A stretch of 32,000 nucleotides of DNA from Propionibacterium freudenreichii subsp. freudenreichii (GCF_000940845.1 NZ_CP010341.1:1410001-1442000); one strand, 5' to 3'. Shown: positions 1-10,212, counted from the first letter of the stretch. The notes: generated by a model not told the origin, from the letters alone. Program-made: numbers and translations.

Positions 1-1323
1 GAGCCCCACGAGCACGCAGATCCCGATGAACAGCCATGTTCCACCCACCAACAGCGCCGGCAGGTCCAATTCGGTGATCAGGTAGATCACGACCAGGGCG
101 CCGAGGGCGGGGACCACATAGCCCGTCAGGGGGTTGACATGCTCGCCGCGTGCGATCTGACGACGCGTCAGCGAGATGGCCGACACATTGACCATGGTAA
201 ACGCGATGAATGCACCGAAGTTGATGAAGGACGTGGAGGTGCTGATGTCGAGGAAGCAGCCGATGATCCCCACTGCGGCCACCACGAGAATCGCGTTGAT
301 CGGCGTGTTCGTGCGGGGCGACAACCTACCGAAGAAGCGCTTGGGCAGGACGCCGTCACGACCCATCGCGAACATCAGCCGCGAGGCGGACGCCTGGGCG
401 GCGATCCCCGACGCGAACTGCCCGACGATCAGCCCCACCAGGAACACAGTGGACAGGAAGGCGCCCCCGATGGCCTTCGCGATCTCGAAGGCGGCCGAGT
501 CGATGTCGAGCACCTGCACCAGCGGATGCACCAGCTCGGTGGCATAGGTGGCCACCACGAAGATGCCGCCGCCCACCAGGGCAGTGAGCATGATGGCCCG
601 CGGGATCGTGCGCTTGGCGTCCACCGTCTCCTCGGTGAGCGTTGTCACCGCGTCGAAGCCGAGGAAGGAATAGGCGGCCGTCGCAGCCCCGGCCGACAGC
701 GCCAACACGTCGAAGGGCTTTCCGGTGAAGGGCGTGAGGCTCAGCAATTGTTGTCCATGGTGCGCCACTGCATAGATGGAGAAGGCCACGAACAGGGCAA
801 TCACCAGCACCTCGATGGCGAGCAGCACCAGGTTCGCGTGGTCGGCGACCTTGATGCCCACGATGTTCAGCCCGCTGGTGATCACGATGAATCCCGCGAT
901 CCACACCGGATCGGGGATGGCCGGGAACTGGGCGTTCAGATACGAGGCACCGATCAGCCAGATCACCATCGGGATGAAGACATAGTCGAGCATCGATCCC
1001 CAGCCGACCAGGAAGCCGAGGTGGTTGCTGACCATCTTGCGCACATAGGTGTAGGCGGAGCCGGCCATGGGCACCTCGTGCGACAGCCGACCATAGCTGG
1101 TGGCGGTGAGCAGCATCGCCAACATCGCGATCAGATATGACCCTGCGGTGCCGCCGTTCGACTTCTGCGAGATCACCCCGAATGTGCCCAGCACGATGAT
1201 CGGAGCAAGATAGGCCAGCCCGAACGCCAGGACCGAGTGGAGCCTCAGCTCACGTCGGAATGTCACCGGATGCCCGGGTCCACCGGCACGCGTTGCAGCG
1301 GTCGGAGTATCTGTCATCGCCAT
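1..1323 (-). CDS. APC-superfamily amino acid/polyamine permease (C-terminal end runs off the window start)
   Basis: Absent from the ORF track because it stays open to base 1. My reverse-strand translation from the ATG at 1323 (GGAGTGGGAG just upstream) runs to base 1 without a stop. It gives MAMTDTPTAATRAGG..FGLAYLAPIIVLGTFGV..AGSAYTYVRKMV..GWGSMLDYVFIP..AAYSFLGFDAVTTLTEE..ASRLMFAMGRDGVLPKRFF.. This is a multi-TM protein with typical APC permease blocks. The plus-strand 139..1140 ORF is its antisense shadow. Confidence 0.85.
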   Translation of the reverse strand, partial: MAMTDTPTAATRAGGPGHPVTFRRELRLHSVLAFGLAYLAPIIVLGTFGVISQKSNGGTAGSYLIAMLAMLLTATSYGRLSHEVPMAGSAYTYVRKMVSNHLGFLVGWGSMLDYVFIPMVIWLIGASYLNAQFPAIPDPVWIAGFIVITSGLNIVGIKVADHANLVLLAIEVLVIALFVAFSIYAVAHHGQQLLSLTPFTGKPFDVLALSAGAATAAYSFLGFDAVTTLTEETVDAKRTIPRAIMLTALVGGGIFVVATYATELVHPLVQVLDIDSAAFEIAKAIGGAFLSTVFLVGLIVGQFASGIAAQASASRLMFAMGRDGVLPKRFFGRLSPRTNTPINAILVVAAVGIIGCFLDISTSTSFINFGAFIAFTMVNVSAISLTRRQIARGEHVNPLTGYVVPALGALVVIYLITELDLPALLVGGTWLFIGICVLVGL

Positions 1324-1558
1324 CTCCCACTCCTTCTGCCGGAGGACTGCCTCGTCAGGGGTTCGGACGGGGGCACAGAAACGACCGGTGCGGTTGACAT
1401 TAGGCGCCGGTGGCTGCGGATCCGATGGCGATCACGGTGCACGGATGTCACGTGGCTGAAACATTGGCAGACTAGTCGGACCATCCGGACGCGGCGGCGT
1501 CATGGCATGCAGAAGGGCCCGCACTCGCACGATGGCGAGGTACGGGCCCTGCACGGTT

Positions 1559-1581
1559 GGTCACTGCCCGGGGCAGTGACC
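1559..1581 (-). terminator. Hairpin terminator candidate downstream of hsp20
   Basis: GGTCACTGCCC-G-GGGCAGTGACC is a perfect 11-bp palindrome arm pair, 15 nt past the hsp20 stop. A second compound hairpin lies just beyond it at 1515..1549 (GGGCCCG..CTCGC-ACGATG-GCGAG..CGGGCCC). Neither has a T-tract, as is common in high-GC actinobacteria. Confidence 0.55.
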
Positions 1582-1595
1582 AACGAAACCTTCGA

Positions 1596-2048
1596 TTACT
1601 TGTCCTGTTCCCCCGACTCGACGCTCGGCTGGCTGGCCGATGTCGTGACCTCGATCTTGCGAGGCTTGGCATCCTCGGCCACCGGAATGGTCAGGGTCAG
1701 GACGCCGTCGGAGTAGTCGGCGTTGATCCTGCTGAGATCCAGGCCCGGCCCCAACGTCAACTGGCGCGCATAGGTGCCGTAGCTACGCTCGCGGCTGACC
1801 CAGTGGCTCTTGTCGTCCTTGTGCACCTGCTCAGCCTTGCGCTCGGCACGCACGCTCAGGGTGCGGTCGTCGACGTCGATGTCGATCGTGGCGGGATCAA
1901 CCCCCGGCAGGTCCATCTTTGCGACGAACTGGTCGCCATCGCGGTACAGGTCAAGCGGCATATAGCGCGTATCCGGGCCGACCGTCTTGGCCATCTGGTT
2001 GAAGAACCTGTCCATCTCGCGGAATGGGTTGTAGATCGCAGTGCTCAT
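1596..2048 (-). CDS. Hsp20/alpha-crystallin family small heat-shock protein
   Basis: This is the C-terminal 150 aa of ORF 1596..2174. MSTAIYNPFREMDRFFNQM..PLDLYRDGDQFVAKMDLPGVDPATIDIDVDDRTLSVRAER..YSDGVLTLTIPVAE is a typical alpha-crystallin domain. I place the start at the ATG at 2048 (AGAGGA 5 nt upstream); the ATG at 2054 is an alternative. The longer ORF prefix is Arg-rich and overlaps the promoter region. Confidence 0.9.
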   Translation of the reverse strand: MSTAIYNPFREMDRFFNQMAKTVGPDTRYMPLDLYRDGDQFVAKMDLPGVDPATIDIDVDDRTLSVRAERKAEQVHKDDKSHWVSRERSYGTYARQLTLGPGLDLSRINADYSDGVLTLTIPVAEDAKPRKIEVTTSASQPSVESGEQDK

Positions 2049-2155
2049 TGTCATCCTCTTTGCTCTCGCAGTGCGTCCCGGGGGTCTCCCGGAACCGGTT
2101 GCTCCTGATGCGTCACGCGTGCGAAGCCTTCGGCCCCGCGCGTTCCGCTTACATA

Positions 2156-2208
2156 TTGGGTAACCGAGACTCAACTTCGATTATTCCCCCTGAGTCCGAA
2201 AGACTCAA
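2156..2208 (-). promoter_or_regulatory. hsp20 promoter with two HAIR-like (HspR operator-type) inverted repeats
   Basis: The minus strand reads TTGAGT-CTTTCGG-ACTCAG (2208..2190), AATAAT (2185..2180) and TTGAGT-CTCGGTT-ACCCAA (2174..2156). The first TTGAGT lies exactly 17 nt upstream of AATAAT, giving -35/-10 geometry. Both repeats resemble the consensus CTTGAGT-N7-ACTCAAG. Confidence 0.6.
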
Positions 2209-2297
2209 CCCTGATCCCGATTCTCGGGGCGGTAGGGTTTCGCGACGCCCTTGAGCGGGGCCATAAGATCGCTTCGTTCGGCTCAGGAGGCACCCCC

Positions 2298-4091
2298 ATG
2301 CGCAGTCTCGGGCGCATTCTCGCCCACGTCGCCAATCTGTGGCCGTGGTATCTCGGCATCGTCATCTGTTCACTCGCCTCGGCAGGCACGGCCCTGGCAG
2401 TGCCCTTCGTCCTGCGCTCGGTGACCGACCTGGTCGTGGCGGCGGTGAATACCCACGCAGTCGACCTCGGCGCCGTCGTGCAGCTTGCCGCGGTGCTGCT
2501 GGCCTTCGATCTGGCGAACACGGTCACCTCGAACATCGGCGGTTATCTGGGCGACAACATGGCCATGCGACTGCGTGCCGGACTCAGCAAGCGCTACTTC
2601 GATAAGCTCCTCGGCCTGCCCCAGCGCTATTTCGACGACGAACTGAGCGGCACCATCATCGGGCGGCTGTCACGCTCCATCACCGAGATCACCCAGTTCA
2701 TGCAGTCGTTCTCCAACAACTTCTTCCCGATGCTGCTCACCGTGGGCGCGGTGCTGGTGATCACGGCCCACTATTCGGTGTGGATCTCGCTGCTGCTCCT
2801 GGCGATCTTCCCGCTGTACGTGTTCTTCACCGCACTCACCTCCCGACGCTGGCAGCGCTTCGAGCGGCGAAAGAATGCCCACGTCGACCAGGCCAGCGGG
2901 CGCTTCGCCGAGGTGATCTCCCAGATGCGCGTGGTGAAGAGCTTCGTGCAGGAGAGGCGCGAATACTCCGGCTTCTCGCGTCACTATGACCGCACCGTTG
3001 CGCTGACCAGGCCCCAGTCGAGGTGGTGGCACAGCATGGACGTGGTGCGACGCGGCGTGCTCAACGTGGTGTTCTTCGTGATCTACCTCATCATCTTCCT
3101 TGGCACCGCCCGGTCGGTCTACTCGCTGGGCACCATGGTCATGCTGGTGCAGATGGTGGGCATGGCGCGCCAACCGGCCACGATGATGAGCTTCTTCGTG
3201 GACCAATCCCAACGCGCGGTCGCGGGCTCACGCGATTACTTCGAGGTGCTGGCCCAACCCAGCGAACACGACTGGAAGCACGAGGACGCCCCGGCGCCCG
3301 CCCTGATCGACGCGGACGCGCCCATGATCAGTTTCCGGGACATCGGCTTCGGCTATGGCCAGGGTCCCGACGTGGTCGAGCACATCAGCTTCGATGTGGC
3401 CCGCGGTGAGCGGCTGGCCCTGGTCAGCGAATCCGGTGGCGGCAAGACCACCCTCGTCAGCCTGCTGATGGGCCTGTACCGACCCCGGCAGGGTCAGATC
3501 CTGGTCGGCGGACACGACACCTCCACCCTCGGCGTCACGCAATTGCGCGCCCAGGTGGGCGTGGTCTTCCAGGAACCGCTGCTGTTCAGCGGCACCGTGA
3601 GCGAGAACATCGCCTATGCCGATCCGGACGTGGCGGACCAGCAGATTCGTGATGCCGCAAAGCGCGCGAACGCCGATGCCTTCATCCGCGCCCTTCCCCA
3701 TGGCTATGCCTCGGTGGTGGGTGAGCGGGGGCTCAAGCTGTCCGGCGGTCAGAAGCAGCGCATCGCGGTGGCACGGGCAATGATCAAGGATGCGCCGATC
3801 CTGGTGCTCGACGAGGCCACCAGCGCCTTGGACAGCCGTGCCGAGCAAGCAGTGCAGAACGGCCTGGAGCAGCTGATGGAGGGGCGCACCAGCATCATCA
3901 TCGCCCACCGGCTGTCAACGATCGCCACCGTGGACAGGATCGTCACGATGCGTGGCGGCCGGGTGGACGAGATCGGCAGTCCGGCCGAGCTGGCTGCCAG
4001 TGGCGGCATCTATGCGCAGCTGTTGGCCCTGCAGGCCTCCGGGCGCCGGCGTGATCGTCGTCGCCTCAAGGAGTTCGACATCACGCACTGA
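2298..4091 (+). CDS. ABC transporter, fused permease/ATP-binding protein (type I exporter, MsbA/MdlB-like)
   Basis: AGGAGG lies 7 nt upstream of the ATG. The N-terminal half has six TM segments. The C-terminal half carries Walker A SESGGGKTT, the signature LSGGQKQRIAVARA, Walker B ILVLDEATSALD and an H-loop IIIAHRL. Confidence 0.93.
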   Translation: MRSLGRILAHVANLWPWYLGIVICSLASAGTALAVPFVLRSVTDLVVAAVNTHAVDLGAVVQLAAVLLAFDLANTVTSNIGGYLGDNMAMRLRAGLSKRYFDKLLGLPQRYFDDELSGTIIGRLSRSITEITQFMQSFSNNFFPMLLTVGAVLVITAHYSVWISLLLLAIFPLYVFFTALTSRRWQRFERRKNAHVDQASGRFAEVISQMRVVKSFVQERREYSGFSRHYDRTVALTRPQSRWWHSMDVVRRGVLNVVFFVIYLIIFLGTARSVYSLGTMVMLVQMVGMARQPATMMSFFVDQSQRAVAGSRDYFEVLAQPSEHDWKHEDAPAPALIDADAPMISFRDIGFGYGQGPDVVEHISFDVARGERLALVSESGGGKTTLVSLLMGLYRPRQGQILVGGHDTSTLGVTQLRAQVGVVFQEPLLFSGTVSENIAYADPDVADQQIRDAAKRANADAFIRALPHGYASVVGERGLKLSGGQKQRIAVARAMIKDAPILVLDEATSALDSRAEQAVQNGLEQLMEGRTSIIIAHRLSTIATVDRIVTMRGGRVDEIGSPAELAASGGIYAQLLALQASGRRRDRRRLKEFDITH

Positions 4092-4125
4092 CCGCGCCGG
4101 TCCGGTGGCCGGTCCGCAGTGTGGG

Positions 4126-4551
4126 TCAGCGCCGCCCGTGGTGGGGACGCACGACCCGCGTGGCCTGCCAGTCATCGGCCACGTCGACCGCGCTGGTGAG
4201 GGTGAGGCCGGCGACCTCGGCACCCTCGGAGAGCTCTGAGGGCTCCACGTAGCCGGGACGTCCGATCTTGGGGGTGAAGAGCCAGATATAACCGTTGTTG
4301 CCCATGTCACGCATCGCGTCGACCAGGGAGTCCGCAACGTCGGTGTCGTTGCGCTGCCACAGCAGCACTACATCGACGGCCTCCACGGAATCCTCGACGA
4401 GATCGCCATCAATGGCATCCATGATGTCGGCCCGCAGGTCTTCATCAACGTCGTCATCCCATCCGAGCTCTTGGACGATGAGGCCCGGCTCAAGTTTGAG
4501 TTGCTCTACTCCCTCGGTGGACGAGGGAGCCCTTCTGGTGGTTCCACCCAT
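4126..4551 (-). CDS. DUF3052-like conserved actinobacterial protein (Rv2239c-like)
   Basis: IVQELGWDDDVDEDLRADIMDAIDGDLVEDSVEAVDVVLLW..IWLFTPKIGRPGYVEPSEL matches my memory of the protein encoded next to aceE in mycobacteria. The family name is recalled, not searched. Confidence 0.75.
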   Translation of the reverse strand: MGGTTRRAPSSTEGVEQLKLEPGLIVQELGWDDDVDEDLRADIMDAIDGDLVEDSVEAVDVVLLWQRNDTDVADSLVDAMRDMGNNGYIWLFTPKIGRPGYVEPSELSEGAEVAGLTLTSAVDVADDWQATRVVRPHHGRR

Positions 4552-4582
4552 GGCTCTACTTCACCACATAGGCTCCGCGGAA

Positions 4583-4619
4583 CTCCACCCGGCGCGGCGC
4601 GGCGCCGCGCCGGGTGGAG
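4583..4619 (-). terminator. aceE terminator candidate (perfect 18-bp palindrome)
   Basis: CTCCACCCGGCGCGGCGC-G-GCGCCGCGCCGGGTGGAG. I checked every pair from 4583/4619 inward and all are complementary. It sits 34 nt downstream of the aceE stop. Confidence 0.6.
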
Positions 4620-4652
4620 GCCTTCACGACGGAATGGCCACCTTTTCCGGGG

Positions 4653-7400
4653 TCAGGACTCACCTCCGGCGGTGTCCTCCTCGGTGGCATGCACGTCCAG
4701 CAGCTGGTACTTGTTGAACGCCTCAGCAGCCTTCGAGGGATCGATCTCGCCCCGCCTGGCCAGCGTCTGCAGGGTGCGCACCACCAGTGAGGCCGCATCA
4801 ATGTGCAGATGGCGGCGCGCCGCCGGCCGGGTATCGGAGAAGCCGAAGCCGTCGGCACCCAGGGTCACATAGTCGGTGGGCACCCACTCGCGGATCTGGT
4901 CCTGTACGGCGCGCATGTAGTCGCTGGTCGCCAGTACCGGCCCGGGACGCCCCGCCAGCTTCTGCGTGACGAATGGCGTGCGCACGGGCAGCTCGGGATG
5001 CAGGAACGCCTGCTCGTCGCATTCCAGGCCATCGCGGCGCAGCTCACCCCAACTGGTGACGCTCCAGACATCGGCCACGACGCCCCAGTCCTCCTTGAGC
5101 AGGCGCTGGGCCTCCAGGGCCCACGGAACGCCGACACCGGAGGCAAGGAGCTGGGCATGGGGCGCGTTCGCGTCACCGTCACCCTCGTTGATCAGGTGCA
5201 TGCCCTTGACGATGCCCTCGATATCGGCATCCTCGGGCTCTGCGGGCTGCTGCATGGGCTCGTTGTAGGCCGTGATGTAGTACGAGATGTCCTCGGGATC
5301 GTCGCCATACATGCGGCGCAGTCCATCGCGCACGATGTGGGCGATCTCATAGCCGTAGCAGGGGTCATAGCTGACCAGCGCCGTGTTGGTGCTCACCAGG
5401 ATGGGCGAGTGGCCATCCATGTGCTGGGTGCCCTCGCCGGTCAGCGTCGTGCGACCCGCGGTGGCGGCCAGGTAGAAGCCACGGGCCAGCTGGTCGGCGG
5501 CCGCCCACATGAAGTCGCCGGTGCGCTGGTAGCCGAACATCGAGTAGAACATGTAGATCGGCACCATCGGCTGGCCATGGGTCGCATAGCTCGTGCCCGC
5601 CGCCGTGAACGCACCCACCGAGCCGGCCTCGTTGATGCCGGTGTGCATGATCTGCCCGTTCTTGGCCTCGCGGTAGCTCAGCATCAGGTCATGGTCCACC
5701 GGCGTGTACTGCTGGCCGTTGGGGTTGTAGATCTTGATCGTGGGGAAGAAGGAATCCATGCCGAAGGTGCGTCCCTCGTCGGGCAGGATCGGCACGACGA
5801 AGGGGGCGAAGTCCCGCTCGCGCATGAGGTCCTTCAGCAGGCGCACGAAGGCCATCGTGGAGGCCACCTTCTGGTGACCCGACCCCTTGCGCACCGACTT
5901 GTAGGCCTTGTCGCCGGGCAACGGCAACTTCTTGCCGGTGGTGCGCCGCTCGGGTAGGAAGCCGCCCAACTTGCGACGGCGATCCATCATGTATTCCATC
6001 GCGTCGGAGTTGTCGGGCTCCTTGTAGTACGGCGGCAGGTAGGGATCCGCCTCGATCTGGGCATCACTCACCGGGATGTCACAGCGGTCGCGCAGGCCCT
6101 TGAGGTCGTCGATCGCGAGCTTCTTCATCTGGTGGGTCGCGTTGCGGCCGGCAAAGTGGCTTCCCAGGAAATAGCCCTTGATGGTGTGCATCAGGATCAC
6201 GGTGGGGGCACCGTTGAACTCGGTGGCGGCCTTGTAGGCGTTGTAGATCTTCAGGTAGTCGTGGCCGCCGCGACGCAGCGACCAGATCTGGTCGTTGCTC
6301 CAGTCCGCGACCATCGCGGCGGTGCGCGGATCCTTGCCGAAGAAGTGCTCACGCACCCAGGCGCCGTCGTTGGCCTTCATCGTCTGGTAGTCACCATCCT
6401 TGGTGACGTTCATGAGGTTCACCAACGCGCCGTCGGTGTCGGCCTCCAGGAGCGGGTCCCAGTTGGAGCCCCAGATGACCTTGATCACATTCCATCCGGC
6501 GCCCCGGAAGAAGGCCTCGAGCTCCTGGATGATCTTGCCGTTGCCCCGCACGGGACCGTCGAGCCGCTGCAGATTGCAGTTGATCACATAGGTGAGGTTG
6601 TCGAGCCCCTCATTGGCCGCGAGCTGCAGGGCGCCGCGCGCCTCGGGCTCGTCCATCTCGCCGTCGCCGAGGAACGCCCAGACGTGCTGCTGGCTGGTGT
6701 CCTTGATGCCGCGGTTGCCCAGGTAGCGGTTGAACTGCGCCTGGTAGATGGCATTGAGCGGGCCGATGCCCATCGATACCGTCGGGAACTCCCAGAAGTC
6801 GGGCATGCGACGGGGGTGGGGGTAGCTGGGCAGGCCGCGTCCGCCCATCGGCTTCGAGTACTCCTGGCGGAATCCGTCCAGGTCGGCTTCGGACAGGCGT
6901 CCCTCCATGAAGGCACGGGCATACATGCCGGGGCTGCCGTGGCCCTGGAAGTAGATCTGGTCGCCGCCGCCGGGATGGTCCTTGCCCCGCCAGAAGTGGT
7001 TCATGCCCACTTCGTAGAGCTGGACGGAGCTTGCATAGGTGGAGATGTGTCCGCCCACGCCCACTCCCGGACGCTGCTGACGGTGCACCACCATGGCCGA
7101 GTTCCACCGCAGCATGTGGCGTACCCGCTGCTCGAGGTCCTCGTCACCGGGGTAGGCCACCTGCTCAGCCGGCGGGATGGTGTTCACGTAGTCAGTCGAC
7201 ACCAGCGACGGGATGCCGATCTGCCGGGCGCGAGCCTGCTCGTTCAGCTTCAGCATCACGTAGCGGGCACGGTTGCGGCCATCCGCATCGATCATGCCGT
7301 CCAACGAGTCCTGCCATTCACGGGTCTCTTCGGGATCCGTATCGGGAAGATTCGTTGGCAGTCCATTGAGAATCGGACCGGGTTGCTCGCGAGGAATCAC
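4653..7400 (-). CDS. aceE: Pyruvate dehydrogenase E1 component, homodimeric type
   Basis: The 915-aa product has the N-terminus ..[29 protein letters not shown], the ThDP-binding block [20 protein letters not shown], and the length typical of AceE. It starts at the GTG at 7400 with GGAAGGA upstream. Confidence 0.95.
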   Translation of the reverse strand: MIPREQPGPILNGLPTNLPDTDPEETREWQDSLDGMIDADGRNRARYVMLKLNEQARARQIGIPSLVSTDYVNTIPPAEQVAYPGDEDLEQRVRHMLRWNSAMVVHRQQRPGVGVGGHISTYASSVQLYEVGMNHFWRGKDHPGGGDQIYFQGHGSPGMYARAFMEGRLSEADLDGFRQEYSKPMGGRGLPSYPHPRRMPDFWEFPTVSMGIGPLNAIYQAQFNRYLGNRGIKDTSQQHVWAFLGDGEMDEPEARGALQLAANEGLDNLTYVINCNLQRLDGPVRGNGKIIQELEAFFRGAGWNVIKVIWGSNWDPLLEADTDGALVNLMNVTKDGDYQTMKANDGAWVREHFFGKDPRTAAMVADWSNDQIWSLRRGGHDYLKIYNAYKAATEFNGAPTVILMHTIKGYFLGSHFAGRNATHQMKKLAIDDLKGLRDRCDIPVSDAQIEADPYLPPYYKEPDNSDAMEYMMDRRRKLGGFLPERRTTGKKLPLPGDKAYKSVRKGSGHQKVASTMAFVRLLKDLMRERDFAPFVVPILPDEGRTFGMDSFFPTIKIYNPNGQQYTPVDHDLMLSYREAKNGQIMHTGINEAGSVGAFTAAGTSYATHGQPMVPIYMFYSMFGYQRTGDFMWAAADQLARGFYLAATAGRTTLTGEGTQHMDGHSPILVSTNTALVSYDPCYGYEIAHIVRDGLRRMYGDDPEDISYYITAYNEPMQQPAEPEDADIEGIVKGMHLINEGDGDANAPHAQLLASGVGVPWALEAQRLLKEDWGVVADVWSVTSWGELRRDGLECDEQAFLHPELPVRTPFVTQKLAGRPGPVLATSDYMRAVQDQIREWVPTDYVTLGADGFGFSDTRPAARRHLHIDAASLVVRTLQTLARRGEIDPSKAAEAFNKYQLLDVHATEEDTAGGES

Positions 7401-7654
7401 TGTCGTCCTTCCATCTGGGCTGACGGCAGCGACCTTTGCTGCCCGTCATTCATCATTCAACCTGACCACCCCGCAGGCCACAACCGGATTCCTCCAGGTG
7501 GGGCGATTCAGCCGAGGGCGCATGGCCCTGTGAGCCGGGCCCCGGGCACGCACAGGCATGGTTGGGAATGGTGCGCGACGATGATCCGCTGGGCGGCCAC
7601 GGCGGTCCGGTTGTCAGGACACCGATAACATCGCAGCGACGAAAGGGATGGACC

Positions 7655-8851
7655 ATGTCACTGTTCGCCGCGGTAGAAGCGACGCCGAACGATCCGATTT
7701 TTGGACTCACCGACAAGTTCAACCGGGACACCGACCCCCACAAGGTCAACCTCGGCGTGGGCATGTACCAGGACGACGACGGGCGCGTCCCGCTGCTGGA
7801 GAGCGTCAGGATCGCGGAGGAACGCCTCGCCCGGGCCGCGAAGCCGGCGACCTATCCCCCGATGGACGGACTCCCCGACTACAACGCCGATGCACAGCGC
7901 GTGGTCTTCGGCGCCGATTCCGAGGCCGTGGCCTCGGGTCGGGTGGTCACCGGACAGTCGCTCGGCGGCACCGGCGGACTCACGCTGGCCGCTGACGTCT
8001 ACGGCAGCGTCTCCCCCAACCACAAGGCGTTGGTCTCCACGCCCACGTGGGCGAACCACATCGCGATCATGCGCCATGCCGGATACGACGTGGGCAAGTA
8101 CGCCTATTACGACGGCCGGACCGGCGTCGACATCGACGGCCTCCTGTCCGACCTGTCGGGGGCGGAGCCCGGCACGATGGTCATCATGCACGAGTGCTGT
8201 CACAACCCCACCGGATACGACCTCACCCGCAGCCAGTGGGACGCGGTCACCGAGGCGGTCCGGCAGCGCGGGTTGATGCTGCTCATCGACATGGCCTACC
8301 AGGGATTCAGCCAGGGCCTCGACGAGGACGCCGAAACCATCCGCCGCCTTGCCGCCGCGGGACTCACCTTCATGGTGTCGAGCTCGTTCTCCAAGAACTT
8401 CTCGCTGTACGGCGAACGCGTGGGCGCGGTGCACTTCGTGTGCGCCGATGCCGATGAGGCCGCCCGCGTGCGCACCAGGGTCAAGACTGCCGCCCGCGAG
8501 GACTACTCCACTCCCCCGTTGCACGGGGCACAGGTGGTGCGCACGGTGCTGCAGGACGAGCAACTGCGCGACACCTGGACCGACGAGGTGTCGACCATGC
8601 GTGAGCGCATCAAGAAGATGCGCACCGGCCTGGTCGACGGGCTGCGTGCCGCCGGGGTCACCGACATGGACTTCATCAGCGACCAGGCCGGCATGTTCAG
8701 CTACTCCGGCCTGGACAAGGCCCAGATGGAGGAGCTGCGCGCGGTGCACCATGTCTATGGCACCGATGCGGGACGCATCTGCGTGGCCGCGCTCAATTCA
8801 CGCAACATCGATCACGTGGTGGCGGCGATTGCCGCTGTGCGGGGTCAGTGA
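7655..8851 (+). CDS. aspC: Aspartate/aromatic amino acid aminotransferase, class I (AspC/TyrB type)
   Basis: MSLFAAVEATPNDPIFGLTDKFNRDTDPHKVNLGVGMY.., CCHNPTG, and the PLP-lysine block SSSFSKNFSLYGERVGA align well with my memory of E. coli AspC. I choose the ATG at 7655 (GAAAGGGA upstream) over the ORF-track start at 7562. Confidence 0.9.
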   Translation: MSLFAAVEATPNDPIFGLTDKFNRDTDPHKVNLGVGMYQDDDGRVPLLESVRIAEERLARAAKPATYPPMDGLPDYNADAQRVVFGADSEAVASGRVVTGQSLGGTGGLTLAADVYGSVSPNHKALVSTPTWANHIAIMRHAGYDVGKYAYYDGRTGVDIDGLLSDLSGAEPGTMVIMHECCHNPTGYDLTRSQWDAVTEAVRQRGLMLLIDMAYQGFSQGLDEDAETIRRLAAAGLTFMVSSSFSKNFSLYGERVGAVHFVCADADEAARVRTRVKTAAREDYSTPPLHGAQVVRTVLQDEQLRDTWTDEVSTMRERIKKMRTGLVDGLRAAGVTDMDFISDQAGMFSYSGLDKAQMEELRAVHHVYGTDAGRICVAALNSRNIDHVVAAIAAVRGQ

Positions 8852-8936
8852 ATACCTCGTGCCCGCCCAGTGACCGGCCCTGCATGACACCGGCCGGCCG
8901 GCGGGCCACACGCTTGACGCGCCCCGGGCGTGCGTC

Positions 8937-10151
8937 ATGACCGGCGGACTGCCGCCGGTGCTCAGCGACCAGCGTCGCGCCACCATCACCGCGCACCTGG
9001 TCGCCCACAGCGGGGAGTTGACCACCCGCGTCGTGGAGGCGATCCAGTCCCGCCACAGTTGGTTCACCCGCCTGGGGGCCGAGGAACGCAGCTGGATCAC
9101 GGTGGTGGCCCGGGCAGGTATCGACAACTTCATCAGTTGGTTCGCCGACGACGCCAAGGCCGACGTGAACCCCGGTTCCTTGTTCAACGCCGCTCCCCGC
9201 GCGCTGACCCGCAAGGTCTCGTTGCACCAGACCGTGGACCTCGTGCGCACCACCGTTGACGTGGTGGGCGAGCAGATCAACGAGCTCGTGCCGCCGCAGG
9301 AGCGTCGGGCCCTCGAGCTGGCCATCGTCTACTTCTCCCGCGACGTGGCGTTCGCCGCGGCGGAGCTCTATGCCCGGGCCGCCGAGCTGCGTGGCGGGTG
9401 GGATGAGCGCATGGAGGCGCTCATCATCGACGCCGTGGTGCGTGGTGAGGCCGACGACATGGTGGTCTCCCGCGCCTCGGCACTGGGATGGCACAGCCAG
9501 GGCGCCGTCATGGTGGTCGTCGGCCCCTCCGCGGCGGGCGCCGACCTCGAGTCCTATCGACATGCCGCAGAAGCGCTGGGCCTGGCGGTCCTCGCCTCAC
9601 GGCAGGGCGGACGCGTGATCCTCATCGGCAGCGGGGAGCAGCTCACGGACCGCGACGCCGCCCTGGCGCTGGTTGCCCGGTTGGAGTCACGCTTCGGCGT
9701 CGGGAACATCATCGTCGGGCCATTGGCCCCGGACCTGGCGAATGCCAACAGGGCTGCCCGCACCGCACTGGCAGCGGCCCGCGTCGCCTATGCATGGCCG
9801 GACTGCCCCCGCGTGGCAAGCTCTGCACAGCTGCTGCCCGAGCGGGCCCTGGCGAACCAGGACGATGCGCGCGAGGCGCTCCTGGAGGAGATCTACAAGC
9901 CGCTGGCCGACGCGGGCGGCGAGCTGCTCCATACGGCCGCGAGCTTCCTGGAGCACGGCTCACTCGAGGCGACCGCACGCAGCCTGTTCATCCATCCCAA
10001 CACCGTGCGCTATCGCCTCAAGCGGATCGCCCAGACCACGGGGAACTCACTGACCAATCCCCGGCAGGCCTATGTGTTGAGGCTGGCGATCACCCTGGGA
10101 AGGCTTGCGGAGGGCCAGGAGGAGGGCGCGAACGCCCGGATGCATCGCTGA
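8937..10151 (+). CDS. PucR-family transcriptional regulator, FasR/MabR-like (fatty-acid synthesis regulator position)
   Basis: The C-terminal PucR-type HTH reads ..SLFIHPNTVRYRLKRIAQTTG. The gene sits immediately upstream of fabD-fabH-acpP-fabF, as SCO2386 (FasR) and Rv2242 (MabR) do in their genomes. Confidence 0.8.
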   Translation: MTGGLPPVLSDQRRATITAHLVAHSGELTTRVVEAIQSRHSWFTRLGAEERSWITVVARAGIDNFISWFADDAKADVNPGSLFNAAPRALTRKVSLHQTVDLVRTTVDVVGEQINELVPPQERRALELAIVYFSRDVAFAAAELYARAAELRGGWDERMEALIIDAVVRGEADDMVVSRASALGWHSQGAVMVVVGPSAAGADLESYRHAAEALGLAVLASRQGGRVILIGSGEQLTDRDAALALVARLESRFGVGNIIVGPLAPDLANANRAARTALAAARVAYAWPDCPRVASSAQLLPERALANQDDAREALLEEIYKPLADAGGELLHTAASFLEHGSLEATARSLFIHPNTVRYRLKRIAQTTGNSLTNPRQAYVLRLAITLGRLAEGQEEGANARMHR

Positions 10152-10212
10152 GGCCTGGCGACACCCGAGCCAGCCGTTCGCACAAAGAAACCCCTCCCAG
10201 CTGACCGTCCCC

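Noticed and set aside
139-1140. 333-aa plus-strand ORF (and ORFs 176..547 and 356..904) at the window start
   Set aside because: The products are Arg/His/Gly/Asp-rich and implausible. They lie exactly antisense to or out of frame with a continuous, well-formed APC permease frame on the minus strand (1..1323). This is a typical high-GC shadow ORF.
4092-4125. Direct repeat CCGGTCCG x2 between the convergent ABC exporter and DUF3052 genes as a possible terminator
   Set aside because: The pairing is imperfect, with central mismatches, and the stem is very short. It is not distinguishable from background GC-rich sequence.
4803-7628. Long plus-strand ORFs 4803..5957 (384 aa) and 6132..7628 (498 aa)
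   Set aside because: They are antisense to the unmistakable 915-aa aceE gene. The products are low-complexity and Arg/Gly/His/Val-rich with no recognisable motifs.
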